Below, one piece after another: positions 1 to 10,799 of a stretch of 64,000 nucleotides of DNA. This DNA is from Pocillopora damicornis (Eukaryota): NCBI RefSeq assembly GCF_003704095.1, contig NW_020847079.1, forward strand, positions 62,001 to 126,000, in the 5' to 3' direction. The position numbers and the translations under genes are program-made. The notes under the pieces were generated by a model, which made no database searches, had not been told where the DNA came from, and saw only the letters and a list, made by a program, of their open reading frames with translations. Positions within the stretch are counted from its first letter, which is position 1. Each line of letters begins with the position of its first letter.

Positions 1-544
1 TTGTTACTTCGTCAAGCAGTTCCTGTACATTCACAAACGAACATGGTATTTAACAGTATTTGCTCTCTGGGACCAATAACTACTGTTCTTTACTGTTATT
101 TATACTAAATAGGGTCCACATTGAGAAGGGTTTTTTGTATAATAGGAATTCTGCTCAGATATACAAACTGTCTATAATAAAGATTTCTCAGTGAGAGGTC
201 CAGTTCAACCATATGCACATGATGTATAATGCTATTGCATATGTGAGCAGTACTGTTGCCACATACAACAGTTAGTTTATAAATTTAACTTGAGAGAGGA
301 CATCAGCCATCACTGAGAACTCATGAAGAAAATCTAACACAAATAAATGTTTTATTTTTCTATAGGTGGTACAAAAAGTACAATGTACAGTTAAAGTGAA
401 TTAACATCTTAAGCAATTTTTTTCTACAATGGAACTTTGTTACTTGAGGTAAGAAAACTGACACTTAGTGCTTTAAAAGGATAAAAAATTTTAAAAAAAT
501 GATTGCAGACTTGTGGCAGATAAAATGTTAAGTGACAGAGTATC

Positions 545-925
545 AAATTGACTGACTAACTGACTGACCTATCAACTTAGTGAAAGGCTTACTAACTAAC
601 CGCCTGACCAACTACTTAAGGGATGGCCTGACTAAGGGACAGATGGACTGGCCATTTGACAGCTAGTATACTGACAGGCTGTGCTCACTGTAGGTGATTG
701 ATTGCTGGACAGAATGTTAGACTAGATTGCTGACTGACCAATTAACTGACAAACTAATTGATTGATGGCCTGACTTGGTGTTGGACCAACAACTGGTGGG
801 CTTACAAATGATCAACTACCAATCTTGATGATGTGCTGACTTTCTGAATGACTCATTGGCTGACTGGCTGATAGAAGGAGTGACTGATTGACTGAGTGAC
901 TGATAAATCAGTAAACCAACTGCCT
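545..925. repeat. Degenerate (CTGA/ACTG)n tetranucleotide-derived low-complexity tract
   Basis: Many imperfect tgac/actg/ctga units, e.g. ttgactgactaactgactgacc and gtgactgattgactgagtgactga. Confidence 0.75.
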
Positions 926-1387
926 AATGATATGTGTTATTAATCATACTGTAAATTGGATTTGTAGGGGTATGTGGCCACAGGGTGGCCCTTCTTCCAA
1001 AAGTTTTGCTTAATTACAGTGATGCTCAAGTTAGAACAAAGTATTATATTTTTCACCATAACCAAATTCACCATGGCCAGATTGTTTGTGGAAGGGGGGG
1101 GGGGATCACTGCACTCCTTTTTGAGTAACTAGCATGTAAAGTTAAGAGTAATGCTATGGAAATTGGTCACAAAAATGTTGAGAAATAGCTGAATATTTTT
1201 AGGTATCATGTTCAAGGGAACACTCAAAAAAGTGCAGATAGTATATTTCATCAAATATATTTGAGTTTAAAAATAATGAAACCATGTTAAGCCACCTTAG
1301 CTTGAAATAAAAATCAAATGAATATAAAAATACCATAAAATTTAATGAGTTTTGCTTGGTAATCATTTCTTTTAATTCCACTTATCA

Positions 1388-1597
1388 AATCCCATAACTC
1401 CTAAGAGTGATTAGCATCTAATATCTCTGTACAGTATCACTCATTTATCACACGTTAAGTTCAAAAGAATAAAGGAAATGATCACCAACTAAAGAAGCTC
1501 TTGATTGTTAAACAAATTCTCCTTGTCAGGGCCCCAGGAAATGTATGGAGAACAGTATGGAGAATATGCATACTGATGTTAGGGTGATAAAGGGTAA
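1388..1597 (-). mobile_element. piggyBac-type MITE (~210 bp), subfamily B, degenerate
   Basis: Shares the core gctcttgattgttaaacaaattctcc...aacagtatggagaatatgcatactgat...aaagggtaa with copies at ~21056, 27669, 36005 and 37605. Confidence 0.7.
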
Positions 1598-2189
1598 GGG
1601 GCTGTTTTAAAATCTGGTGCTTGTAGTTGTACTCGCAACGGAGCAATTAGACCTATCAGAAGACATAACTTAAGTACTGCAGTAATTTACAGCAAAAACT
1701 GAATTCAAATTTGATAACAGCAGGTCATGTGGGCTGTGAGATTAATATACCGATTGCGAGTACTAAAAAGTAGATGGCCAAAACTTTTCTGTCCTTGTCT
1801 CAGCTATCACGGAGCTTCACGACGCTAACTTACATATTAGTTCTTGTGGCAAACATTCCTTTCAATCATTTCTTTTAGGACTGGCTGGCCTCCGTTTCAT
1901 TCCAAACGAGATGGAAGCTTGGAGAAGAGAAGCTTTTTGCAGACGGGAAAGAAAAAATGAAAAAGATTCGGAAGAAATCGTACGCGATTTGCGATAACTT
2001 TTGTCACTTTACCCTTTTAATTATTAAAAGAGTACTTTTGAAATGAACTTGAACACAGTTATTGCTGGGCACATTGAAAAACTATCTGTAAGGAAAATTG
2101 GTCCCCAAAAATGAGGAACTGAAGAATGTTCCCCAATAACGCCCCCTGTATGGTCCTATTTCATTGGGTGTCCTGAGGAGCAACAACGT

Positions 2190-2415
2190 CCAGTAAAACA
2201 AAGTGGAAAGTCGCTATTAGCAAATGAAACTGAAAATGGAAACACGTGTAACTGCCTGAGGCGTGGAAAAACGCAAAAGATACAGTTGCGTTCGGTTTTA
2301 GTCCAGCATTTCATTGGGTGACAGGGTGGCGCCAGCTTTCCAGACAATCTCAGAGTGAGATTATGCAAAACAAATGCAATCTGAGATTATTTTGGACGCT
2401 CAGTTACAAACTTTC
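2190..2415 (+). repeat. Fragment of an interspersed repeat family (also ~19990-20060, 44915-45205, 45715-45970, 46880-47100 and 60275-60485 reverse)
   Basis: Recurring motifs such as gcgcgggaaaacgc, gattggttgagagggtg and agccaatgaga...aaaacc. Confidence 0.55.
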
Positions 2416-2985
2416 TTGATGCTTTCCTGTGATTCAAATTGTATCCCACTCTGCCTTCGTAACAAAGCCGTGTTCAACATTTCCAAAGCCTCTGTTTCAA
2501 AACGAGGGTAAGAGCTGAAAACTCTTTCAACCTCAGCGGTGCCAATTCTTTTTTACTCGGAAGGAAAAATGTCTAGTCGTTCTTTGTTCTCTTCCACCCT
2601 AAATATGGATTTCAGATTCCATTCCAAAATCAGAGTGATCGGCTCTCTTTTCTAATCTGGTGTAGGTTACTTTCCAAACACAACTTTCCTTAAAGAATGA
2701 TTCGAAAATTTCCCTCTACACTTATCGGTTTCAAATAATGATACTAATCAACTTGTTGGAGTGAAAAAACGCTAATAATGGCGTTCCAAAACTCTGCATT
2801 ATAGGCTAACCATCATATCACATTGAGATACAGCGATGAGAAAACTTTCGACCACATCGCCTGACGAAGATTACCGTGTAACAATGGCAGTATAAATTTC
2901 TCGATCTCAGGTAGTGACTCTAAATTACAAGACAAACGAGTCAAAGTTTTATTTCGTGTATCTGGCTATCCTAGGTGGTAACATG

Positions 2986-3152
2986 ATGGGCCATTTTCGA
3001 TAAATCAAAATTCTAACATGGCTCCGAGGCCGGGGGAAATAGAACAAAATAAATTAATCTTTCATCCCTTAACCTCGATTCGATTTTTTTTGGTTTTATT
3101 TTCCCAGGCCTCAGAGCCAAGTTTGAATTTTGATATATCGAAAATGGCTTAT
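2986..3152. mobile_element. MITE with ~55-bp terminal inverted repeats
   Basis: atgggccattttcgataaatcaaaattctaacatggctccgaggcc pairs with ggcctcagagccaagtttgaattttgatatatcgaaaatggcttat. Confidence 0.8.
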
Positions 3153-3979
3153 TTAACGACAGTGACCGAAGAGTTATTCGATAATTTTCGGACACCTCTC
3201 AAAGTCCGTAAACTCATTTGAATTACAAATAATTTCTTGAAGTTAATATTCATATTTTCGATCAGTCTTGCACGTGGAAAGAGCGTAAGAAGTTCAAGAC
3301 ATTTCAGCGTCTTTTCTAGCTTCTACAGGGCTACAAAACACATCACTTCCACCGTCATAATCTCAGATATGGTCCGTTTTGTCGAGTTCTGCGTGAGTTT
3401 CTTTCTTCGTTCGAAGTTGCTTAGTAAGGTGGCTCATATTCCACGTCGCAGATTGATGAATGCTATCCGTCTCCAATTATCTTGAGGTACATTACCTAAA
3501 TATAAATGCATATTTCATAGAAGTTCAGTATCTCGTCGTTGCCTTCGAAATTAAGCTAAAATTGCAGATTCGGACACAATAAGGAAAAGCATACCATACC
3601 AACTACAGCCGCCATGACAGTTCTTACTACGCCACGTGATTTAATGAGCAACACTGACAATTTTTTGCTTTAAGATCAGTTTATCAATAGTGTAATTATT
3701 TATCGCTTTTTCAGTTGATTTCAATACTCGTTTTTATTCTACATTCAGTCACTTTTGCTTACGGTATGTCAAATTAAGACTTGCTATGAACGCGCCTGTT
3801 GCTTTCCTGACACCCAATCACCACCGCAAAGTCCAATGGGTGATCGTGAAAAGGTTTCGAAGTAAATTCTTTTAAAGAAACCAGGTGACTTTAGTCCCCA
3901 TTTTTAAAAATGACGCTGCGAATGGCACAAATTCCTGTTTTATCTCGAATTAAGTAAAATATCAGGTATCTCGCGCGTG

Positions 3980-4125
3980 CTAACGTTCGAAGTTGGATCG
4001 TAAGGCTCAGGTTAAAAGCCCGGCTGGGTCATTGTGTCATGTACTTAGGCGAGGGAATTCAACCTCCACCTAAGAGCATAAATAGGTACCAGTGAAGTGT
4101 TAGAGAAATCTGTCAAAATACTTCA
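3980..4125 (+). mobile_element. tRNA-derived SINE fragment (related copies ~20085-20225 -, 34540-34960 +, 57260-57480 -, 59640-59935 -)
   Basis: B-box-like ggttaaaagccc followed by ggctgggtcattgtgtcatgtacttaggc...ataaataggtaccagtgaa...agaaatctgtcaaaat; similar blocks recur in the window. Confidence 0.55.
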
Positions 4126-4513
4126 GGGCGCCCGACCAGACGAAGTTTCTTCATACCATAGATACCGGAATATACCATAGTGGCTGTGGGAGTTATAATT
4201 AGTTTCGAGTAGAAAGGTAGCTTTTATGATCTCTTGTTTGACTTCTTTTGATTTAGACAGCGATTTTTATTATTCACACTAAACTGAAGTACATCTACTT
4301 ATTTAAAGAAGGGTATACTCGTATTCGAAATCGATTCAAACTCAAATATTATATTCTGGTTTTCTCCACAGCAAAAGTCAAGCATAGAATGAGAACATCT
4401 CAGAAAAAAAAATTCGAGAAAGGAAATGGAAACTGGTCAACTTCTTATATGGTCAGTATTTCAATTTTTGATAACGAATTGTGCGCTCGTGCGTCTGATC
4501 TGCTTTGAACACT

Positions 4514-4723
4514 TAACTCTTTCATTCCCAAGATCACATTAGTAATTCTCCCTACTGTCCCCCATACAATTCTTATGAAGTTAGTTTGGAGAAATTGTTG
4601 TTTGATCAACTAATTTCCGCTTATTGTTATGTTTCTTTATCCTCATCGCTTGTTTGCTTGATATTGCATTGATAATACAAGTAGAAAGTCTCTCTCGGTA
4701 ACCCATGGGAATTAAAGGTTCAA
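4514..4723 (+). mobile_element. piggyBac-type MITE, subfamily A
   Basis: ttaactctttcattcccaagatcacattagtaattctcc...ccatgggaattaaaggttcaa; aligns end to end with the copy at 47406-47617. Confidence 0.8.
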
Positions 4724-4888
4724 ACCTGGATTTAACGGACTACAATTGAAAACTAGCTAGGTGCAAAAGCAGAAACATTGATCTTATCCATTAGCCTACA
4801 GCGCTTTTGGCTTGATGATGATGGCAAAACACTGGTGTCAAAGAAATACGTAATGGCTATCGTGCTTGAAAATCCATCCAACCTTCCT

Positions 4889-4988
4889 NNNNNNNNNNNN
4901 NNNNNNNNNNNNNNNNNNNNNNNNNNNNNNNNNNNNNNNNNNNNNNNNNNNNNNNNNNNNNNNNNNNNNNNNNNNNNNNNNNNNNNNN
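4889..4988. other. Assembly gap (100 N, probably an unknown-size placeholder)
   Basis: Run of N. Confidence 0.99.
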
Positions 4989-7190
4989 TCTCATTTTTTT
5001 TCAAAAGCCAAAAAACGTTGATTGGTTTTGACCTTTATTCTAAGTTTCCTCAAAAGTTAATTTTTTTCAAACATTATAAATTAAGGAAAAACAAAAATAT
5101 TACCGAAATTTACCTTTAAAAGTCTGCCATATTAAGATAGACTGATAAAAGAGTTGACGAGCGAAATAGTGACCTCTTATTGTAAAATAATACAGACTAA
5201 GGCAGTCACCTTTTTAGTGTTACGGATATCTATATCTTCGCAAACGTTTCGAAGCGAGATCGTTCTACAGAACTCTACAGAAAATGTTTCTTTTTCTCAT
5301 TTAGCTATGCATTGACACAAATTAAACGGCAAATTTCAATGTTTAAAATTATGCTGCAAAGTCAAGGTTCTCCTCTCTTAGTTTAGGTTGCCTCTTGCAT
5401 TGTGTCAAAAAATCAGACTTTCTCTGGTAAAAGTAGATTTTTTTCTTTAAAATTGAAAAGGGATAAAAATAAAACAAACACAAAAAGTAGTTTTTAACCG
5501 AAGATTACTGCGGAAAAAAATTTTAAAATGTCTTTTCGAGTGAGAAATATGATGAAAAAAGTTAAAAAACTATAATTCGCTATCATTTAAAAACAAACGA
5601 AAAGCTGTATCAACTCAAATAATGTGGATATAAGTTCCTTTTCTAAGGATGAGATTTTTACTCCAAGGTAGTTACTGTTTTAGGCAATGAATCCACCATC
5701 AACGAATTTTTATGTGAGACCACTGAAAAATGTTTCCTTTAGTTTCCGAAGAAAGTTTGGATGTCTTGAGGTTGATTCAGATTTATCTGCAAACAACATG
5801 AATCTCCGCGATTATTTTTCGGGAAATTCAAAAAATATATATCGTTAGAATTAAAATATTTTACCTAGATCAGTGTATTAGGCATTTCTGAAGGCTTGAC
5901 TTAATCAATCATTCTCTCTCTGGAAAGGTTTCAAGTACTACCCATATATATCCTTTTGATCCCTCGTCAAGAAAACAAGAGAATTAAGGAGAAATGGTTG
6001 GAGCAGTAAATGCTAAAATTCTTCCAATAGAAAAGTTATCCTTTAGTTAGAGTTGTGTGCGTCTAGGAAAAGCGCGTTGAAGTTGTCAAAGAGTTCTTCT
6101 AAAACAGCTTACAATACTGTTCTTTTCGTAATGTTAATCTGCGCACAAAGATTACATTGATATTTCGACGTCTATAGTAGCAAAATGAAAATTATTTTCC
6201 TGATTATTTGATAAATTTTTTCAGAAACTATATGGTGAGAGGATAATACAAAAAATTCTAAACTTAATAGGAAAAGGTGTAGTTTTCTTTAGAACAGCAA
6301 TGTCTTCATTTGTGAAAATGGATTTTTCAATCAACAGATACACGACAGGATCTCAAAAGAAATTTGGAAAACATATTTAATATCTTGCTAATACAAAAGA
6401 TCATGATAGCTACATAAAGGAACAACGGAAACTGAACAAAAAAAGCTGAAAATGTTTTTTCAATAAATAAGAACTTCAATAATTTAAGCCTTACATGGAA
6501 GTCTCCTAGAAAGATTTCGATGTGTTCCTTTGGTGCTCTAGCTATCTATCAGCCCATCTGTCTATTAAAATGTGCACTTTGGAAATAGTAACCCTTCTTA
6601 ACTTTATTTTTTTTTCAAAAAAAAAAGACAAATTTTGTTTCACTAAAACTTAGAATTTTTTAAAATCGCAAAATGTTTGCTGAACGGAGGTAAAAGTTTC
6701 GTAAATACAAAATTAACTTTAGAATAAAAATTTAATTTTTTCTTTACAGTTATAGAACAAACATCTAAAAGTCATTGGACCTCTTTAATTTGAAACAAAC
6801 TACTTTTATAATAAGTTTGAGATTGTTTTATCGACAGTATCTAATTTCTTAAAGTTAAGTTAAAACCCCAACAGCAGACAAAGTTAAAAAAAGGTATCAA
6901 CAGAGAAATTTTAAACAAACAAAACGTCACCAAGAAAAAGTTATGAATGCCTTTGAAAAAAGAATTGCTCCGCTTGTCAGATGTTTAAAGATGATTATTT
7001 TTACATTTCAATATTTTTTCCGAAGGACATTTCTTTTTATTCTGTTTCTTTTTGCTTTTGATTCGCCTTTGTGTTCTTGTGGCAATGCCTGGCTCGTTCG
7101 CTGACCATATTCTCTCATCCTTCTGTAACTTTAAATTGTAATAATTCCAAGCAGCTTTCATCTTAAAATGAGAAGAAATGCATTGAATTA
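4989..7190 (-). pseudogene. Decayed AT-rich coding-like arm of an unclassified element (left arm, reading away from the hairpin module)
   Basis: Manual minus-strand translation gives long near-open stretches (IARAPKEHIEIFLGDFHVRLKLLKFLFIEK; DPVVYLLIEKSIFTNEDIAVLKKTTPFPIKF) with weak resemblance to the right-arm pseudo-ORF. Confidence 0.35.
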
Positions 7191-7495
7191 TAAGAGCTTT
7201 GAGAATTTTTTTCTGAAAAAAACAAATTCAGATAATAATTCTCGGAGCTCTCAAATATGAAATAATTTTTGCTCTTTTAAAGATTAAAAGGAAAATCGAC
7301 CAACGGGGCCTTGACCCCTTGGAGTTGCTTCAACAATTTAAATTAAACGACGGCGGGGATACGGCCGTCGTTTAATTTGAATTGTTAAACGTGCACTACC
7401 GCTAGACCACAGAAGCTTTTAAAAAAGCTTGTAAAATTACACTAAAACTAGGTTGGCTCCCATTGTTCATAGAAACAATGGTGAATTTTGTTTTA
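7190..7495 (-). repeat. Structured module, copy 1 (three stem-loops; main hairpin 7332-7386)
   Basis: 23-bp stem aacaatttaaattaaacgacggc / gccgtcgtttaatttgaattgtt with a 9-nt loop; reverse-complement homologue of 10470-10790. Confidence 0.85.
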
Positions 7496-7849
7496 TTCTA
7501 ATTGTTTTCATCCTCCTGAGACATGTAGCTGTATTATGTTCACCTTCAATTCTTGTTTACTTTTTTGCAGGTTGCTTGAATTTTATTATTGAAGAAAGAA
7601 AGTAGAGGAATTTTGTAAGGCTCTGTCAAAGCCAATAACAAGAACTGTTAAATAAAGTAGGAAATTTCGATTGTCATCTTACTACACAGAGTCGTAAAAA
7701 GTTTGTCGAAGTCAAACTATGCGTAAGTGAGTCTATAAAATTCATTATGATTCAAGTGGAGTTAGCAAAACAATCTAAGAAAATTTGTTTTGTTTTGAGT
7801 AAAACAAATTTAAATTTAAAAATTTGTTCTAAAGGCGCGAGTGAAAATT

Positions 7850-9905
7850 CATTCGCAAATCTGTCAGTCTATTAGTAGTGCAAGTGAGAGCACTGAATCT
7901 GTCAAAGATTAGAAGGAAAAGCGCTTGTTGAAAGTATTTCAAGGATAAGTCTAGTAATAGCTTTAGTCCATCTGAAGAGGTTTTTTTTTAATTTTTCAAA
8001 GCCTATAAATGGTTCAACTGAAAAGTTGCTCAAACATATGTCGTGTCAAGCCGTAGACGTAGTGATAATAGTATTTTTAAAAAGTAATTAGTCCAACAGT
8101 ACTAGTACAATTGAGTCTAGTAATAGCAATACAAATAAACATCGTTTTAGAATTTTGTCAAAGTCTAGTAATAGTAGTTCAAAATAAAGTCGTTTGAGAA
8201 TCTGACAAAGTCTAGCATTAGTAGTACATATAAAAAGTCATTTCAAAATCTTGTAATAGTTGTACAGATATTTTAAAATCTGAAAGTCTGGTAAAAGTGC
8301 AATACAAAAGTTGTTTTAGAAAGTCTAGTAATAGTAGTACAAAAAAAACTCGTTTGAGAATCTGTCAAAGTCTAGTAGTAGCAGTACACATAAAAAGTCT
8401 TCTCAAAATATAGTATTAGTAGTACAGTTGAAAAGTTCTTTTAAAATCTGAAAAGGTGTAGTAGTAATGCAATAGAAAAGTCGTTTTAGAATCTGACAAA
8501 GTCTAGTAAGTGTAGTACAAATAAAAAGTCGTTTGAGAATCTGACAAAGTCTAGTAATAGTAGCATAAATAAAAAGTCGTTCGTTTGAGAATTATGACAG
8601 TCTAGTAAAAGCAGTACAATTAAAAAGTTGTTTTAGAATCTGACAAAGTCTAGTAAAAGAAGTACAAATAAAAAGTCGTTTGTTTGAAAATTTTGACAGT
8701 CTAGCAAGAGCAGTAACATTTAAGAGTTCTTTTAGAATCTGACAAAGTCTAGTAATAGTAGTGCAAATAAAAAGTTGTTTTAGAATCTGTCAAAGTCTAT
8801 TTATAGTAGTACAAANNNNNNNNNNNNNNNNNNNNNNNNNNNNNNNNNNNNNNNNNNNNNNNNNNNNNNNNNNNNNNNNNNNNNNNNNNNNNNNNNNNNN
8901 NNNNNNNNNNNNNNNNNNNNNNNNNNNNNNNNNNNNNNNNNNNNNNNNNNNNNNNNNNNNNNNNNNNNNNNNNNNNNNNNNNNNNNNNNNNNNNNNNNNN
9001 NNNNNNNNNNNNNNNNNNNNNNNNNNNNNNNNNNNNNNNNNNNNNNNNNNNNNNNNNNNNNNNNNNNNNNNNNNNNNNNNNNNNNNNNNNNNNNNNNNNN
9101 NNNNNNNNNNNNNNNNNNNNNNNNNNNNNNNNNNNNNNNNNNNNNNNNNNNNNNNNNNNNNNNNNNNNNNNNNNNNNNNNNNNNNNNNNNNNNNNNNNNN
9201 NNNNNNNNNNNNNNNNNNNNNNNNNNNNNNNNNNNNNNNNNNNNNNNNNNNNNNNNNNNNNNNNNGAATCTGTCAAAGTCTAGGAATAGTAATGCAATTG
9301 AAGAGTCGTTTTAGAATCTGTCAAATTCTACCTATAGTAGTACAAAGAAATAGTCGCTTTAAAATCCAAAAGTAGTAGTGCAAATAGAAAGTTGTTCAAC
9401 ATCAGTCAAGTCGAGTAACAGAAGTGCCAATCAAAAGTCTTTCAAATATTTGTGAAAGTTTCACAGTGGTAGTGCAGATAAAAATTAGTTTTAGAATTTG
9501 TAAGTCTTGTCATAGTAGTGCATATTGAAAAGTCGTTTCAAAGTCTAGAAATAGTAGTGCGATTAAAAGGTCGTTTAAGAGTTTGGCAATGTCTAGTAAT
9601 GGTAGTGCAGTTGAAAAGTCGTTTTATTATCTGTCAAAGTCTAACAGTAGTAGTACAAATTAAGAATCGTGTCATAATCTTTCAAAGTCTCTCAATAGAA
9701 GTGCAATCAAACATTCGCTACAAAATCTAACAGTAGTAGTGCAAATAGAAAGTTGCTCTGCATCAGTCAAAGTCTAGTAATAGAAGTGCAAATCAAAAGT
9801 CGTTCAAAAATTTGTTTAAGTCTAGCAGTAGTAGTGCGAGAGAAAAGCATGTCAAAATGTAGAGGTAAAAGTGCAAGTGAAAAGTCGTTCTGTAATCTGT
9901 CAGTT
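7850..9905. repeat. Tandem minisatellite, 48-bp unit (gaatctgtcaaagtctagtaatagtagtacaaataaaaagtcgtttta), interrupted by a gap
   Basis: Dozens of diverged head-to-tail units, most homogeneous at about 8140-8815 and 9266-9360. Confidence 0.92.
8816..9265. other. Assembly gap (450 N) inside the 48-bp array
   Basis: Run of N flanked on both sides by array units. Confidence 0.99.
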
Positions 9906-10469
9906 TCATTTCACTTAATTTAATCTAATGAAGAGAATTATTGTGTAGCTGCAGTGTTAGTGAGAGGACGGACACCAGAGGCAATTCGATTTCAGTCACA
10001 GTCTCAACTCCAAAGTTTATTCAATTTTTGTATTTGTATTTTTAAATGTCTTGAACTTCCTCCTTGTCAGGGTTGAAACCTTAAAGAGATCGAAAACAGA
10101 TATTCAATTTTAAAAGATCACCACAACAATTGCATTGAGAGTTTAAACCACAAACCTTACATACATGAGATCTAATACTTGAAATTTTTGTTGAGAACGC
10201 AAATTAAATGTTTTATGCTAATTCTAGTTTGCACGCTTTCCTTTTGGTCCCTTTGAATAAAACTCATATGCAAGAATCGCTTGCTTCGAGTTTTATCCTT
10301 GAGTGGCAAGAAATATTGGGACTGGAAAAGCTTACCTCGAAATCAAAGTGCATTTTTTTAGAGGAGAGCAAGTCGATAATAGAACTGCATATCAAAATGT
10401 TTTCTACACAGGTAGAAATCTGAATCAAGCGCATGTCAAACATTCTCACGAGGGTGATACATGTACTAG

Positions 10470-10790
10470 GTGAACCTATTGTTTTTATGAACAATGGGAG
10501 CGAACCTACTTCTAGTGTAATTTTGCCAATTTCTCTTACCAAAAGCCTCTGTGGTCTAGCGGTAGTGCACATTTAACAATTAAAATTAAACGGCGGCTGG
10601 ATTCCCCCCAGCCGTCGTTTAATTTAATTGTTAAAGCACATCGGAGGGGCTCAGGCCCCCCTGATCCGATTTCCTTTTAATCTTTAAAGAAAAATTTTAG
10701 TTATTTTAAGATCTCCGAGAATTTTTTCTAGGGATTTTCTTTTTTGAGAGAAAAAATTTCCCGGAAAAACTTCTCGGAGATCTCAAAATT
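10470..10790 (+). repeat. Structured module, copy 2 (main hairpin 10572-10635)
   Basis: tttaacaattaaaattaaacggcggctgg / ccagccgtcgtttaatttaattgttaaa, then atcgga-ggggc-tcag-gcccc...tccgat and agatctccgagaa...ttctcggagatct; inverted homologue of 7190-7495. Confidence 0.85.
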
Positions 10791-10799
10791 AGACAGATT

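Noticed and set aside
2845-2900. Hammerhead core CTGACGA at ~2859
   Set aside because: No stem II closed by GAAA and no cleavage triplet in a suitable position.
3150-3615. Minus-strand coding gene starting ATGGCGGCTGTAGTTG with a short intron
   Set aside because: All three frames of the putative second exon hit early stops; at most UTR, lncRNA or a pseudogene.
7332-7408. Canonical Helitron 3' end (hairpin + CTAG)
   Set aside because: CTAG is followed by A rather than T, and homology between the two copies continues ~90 bp past it, so it is not a terminus.
8761-9375. 204-aa and 159-aa ORFs in the ORF track (also 4753-5119)
   Set aside because: Artefacts of translating through N gaps.
7850-9905. 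CRISPR array
   Set aside because: Units are head-to-tail with no unique spacers, there are no cas genes, and the context is eukaryotic.
10545-10670. tRNA gene (GCCTCTGTGGTCTAGCGGTAG resembles a tRNA 5' half or A-box)
   Set aside because: No anticodon arm, no GTTCRA T-loop/B-box and no acceptor-stem partner; a 28-bp hairpin follows instead.
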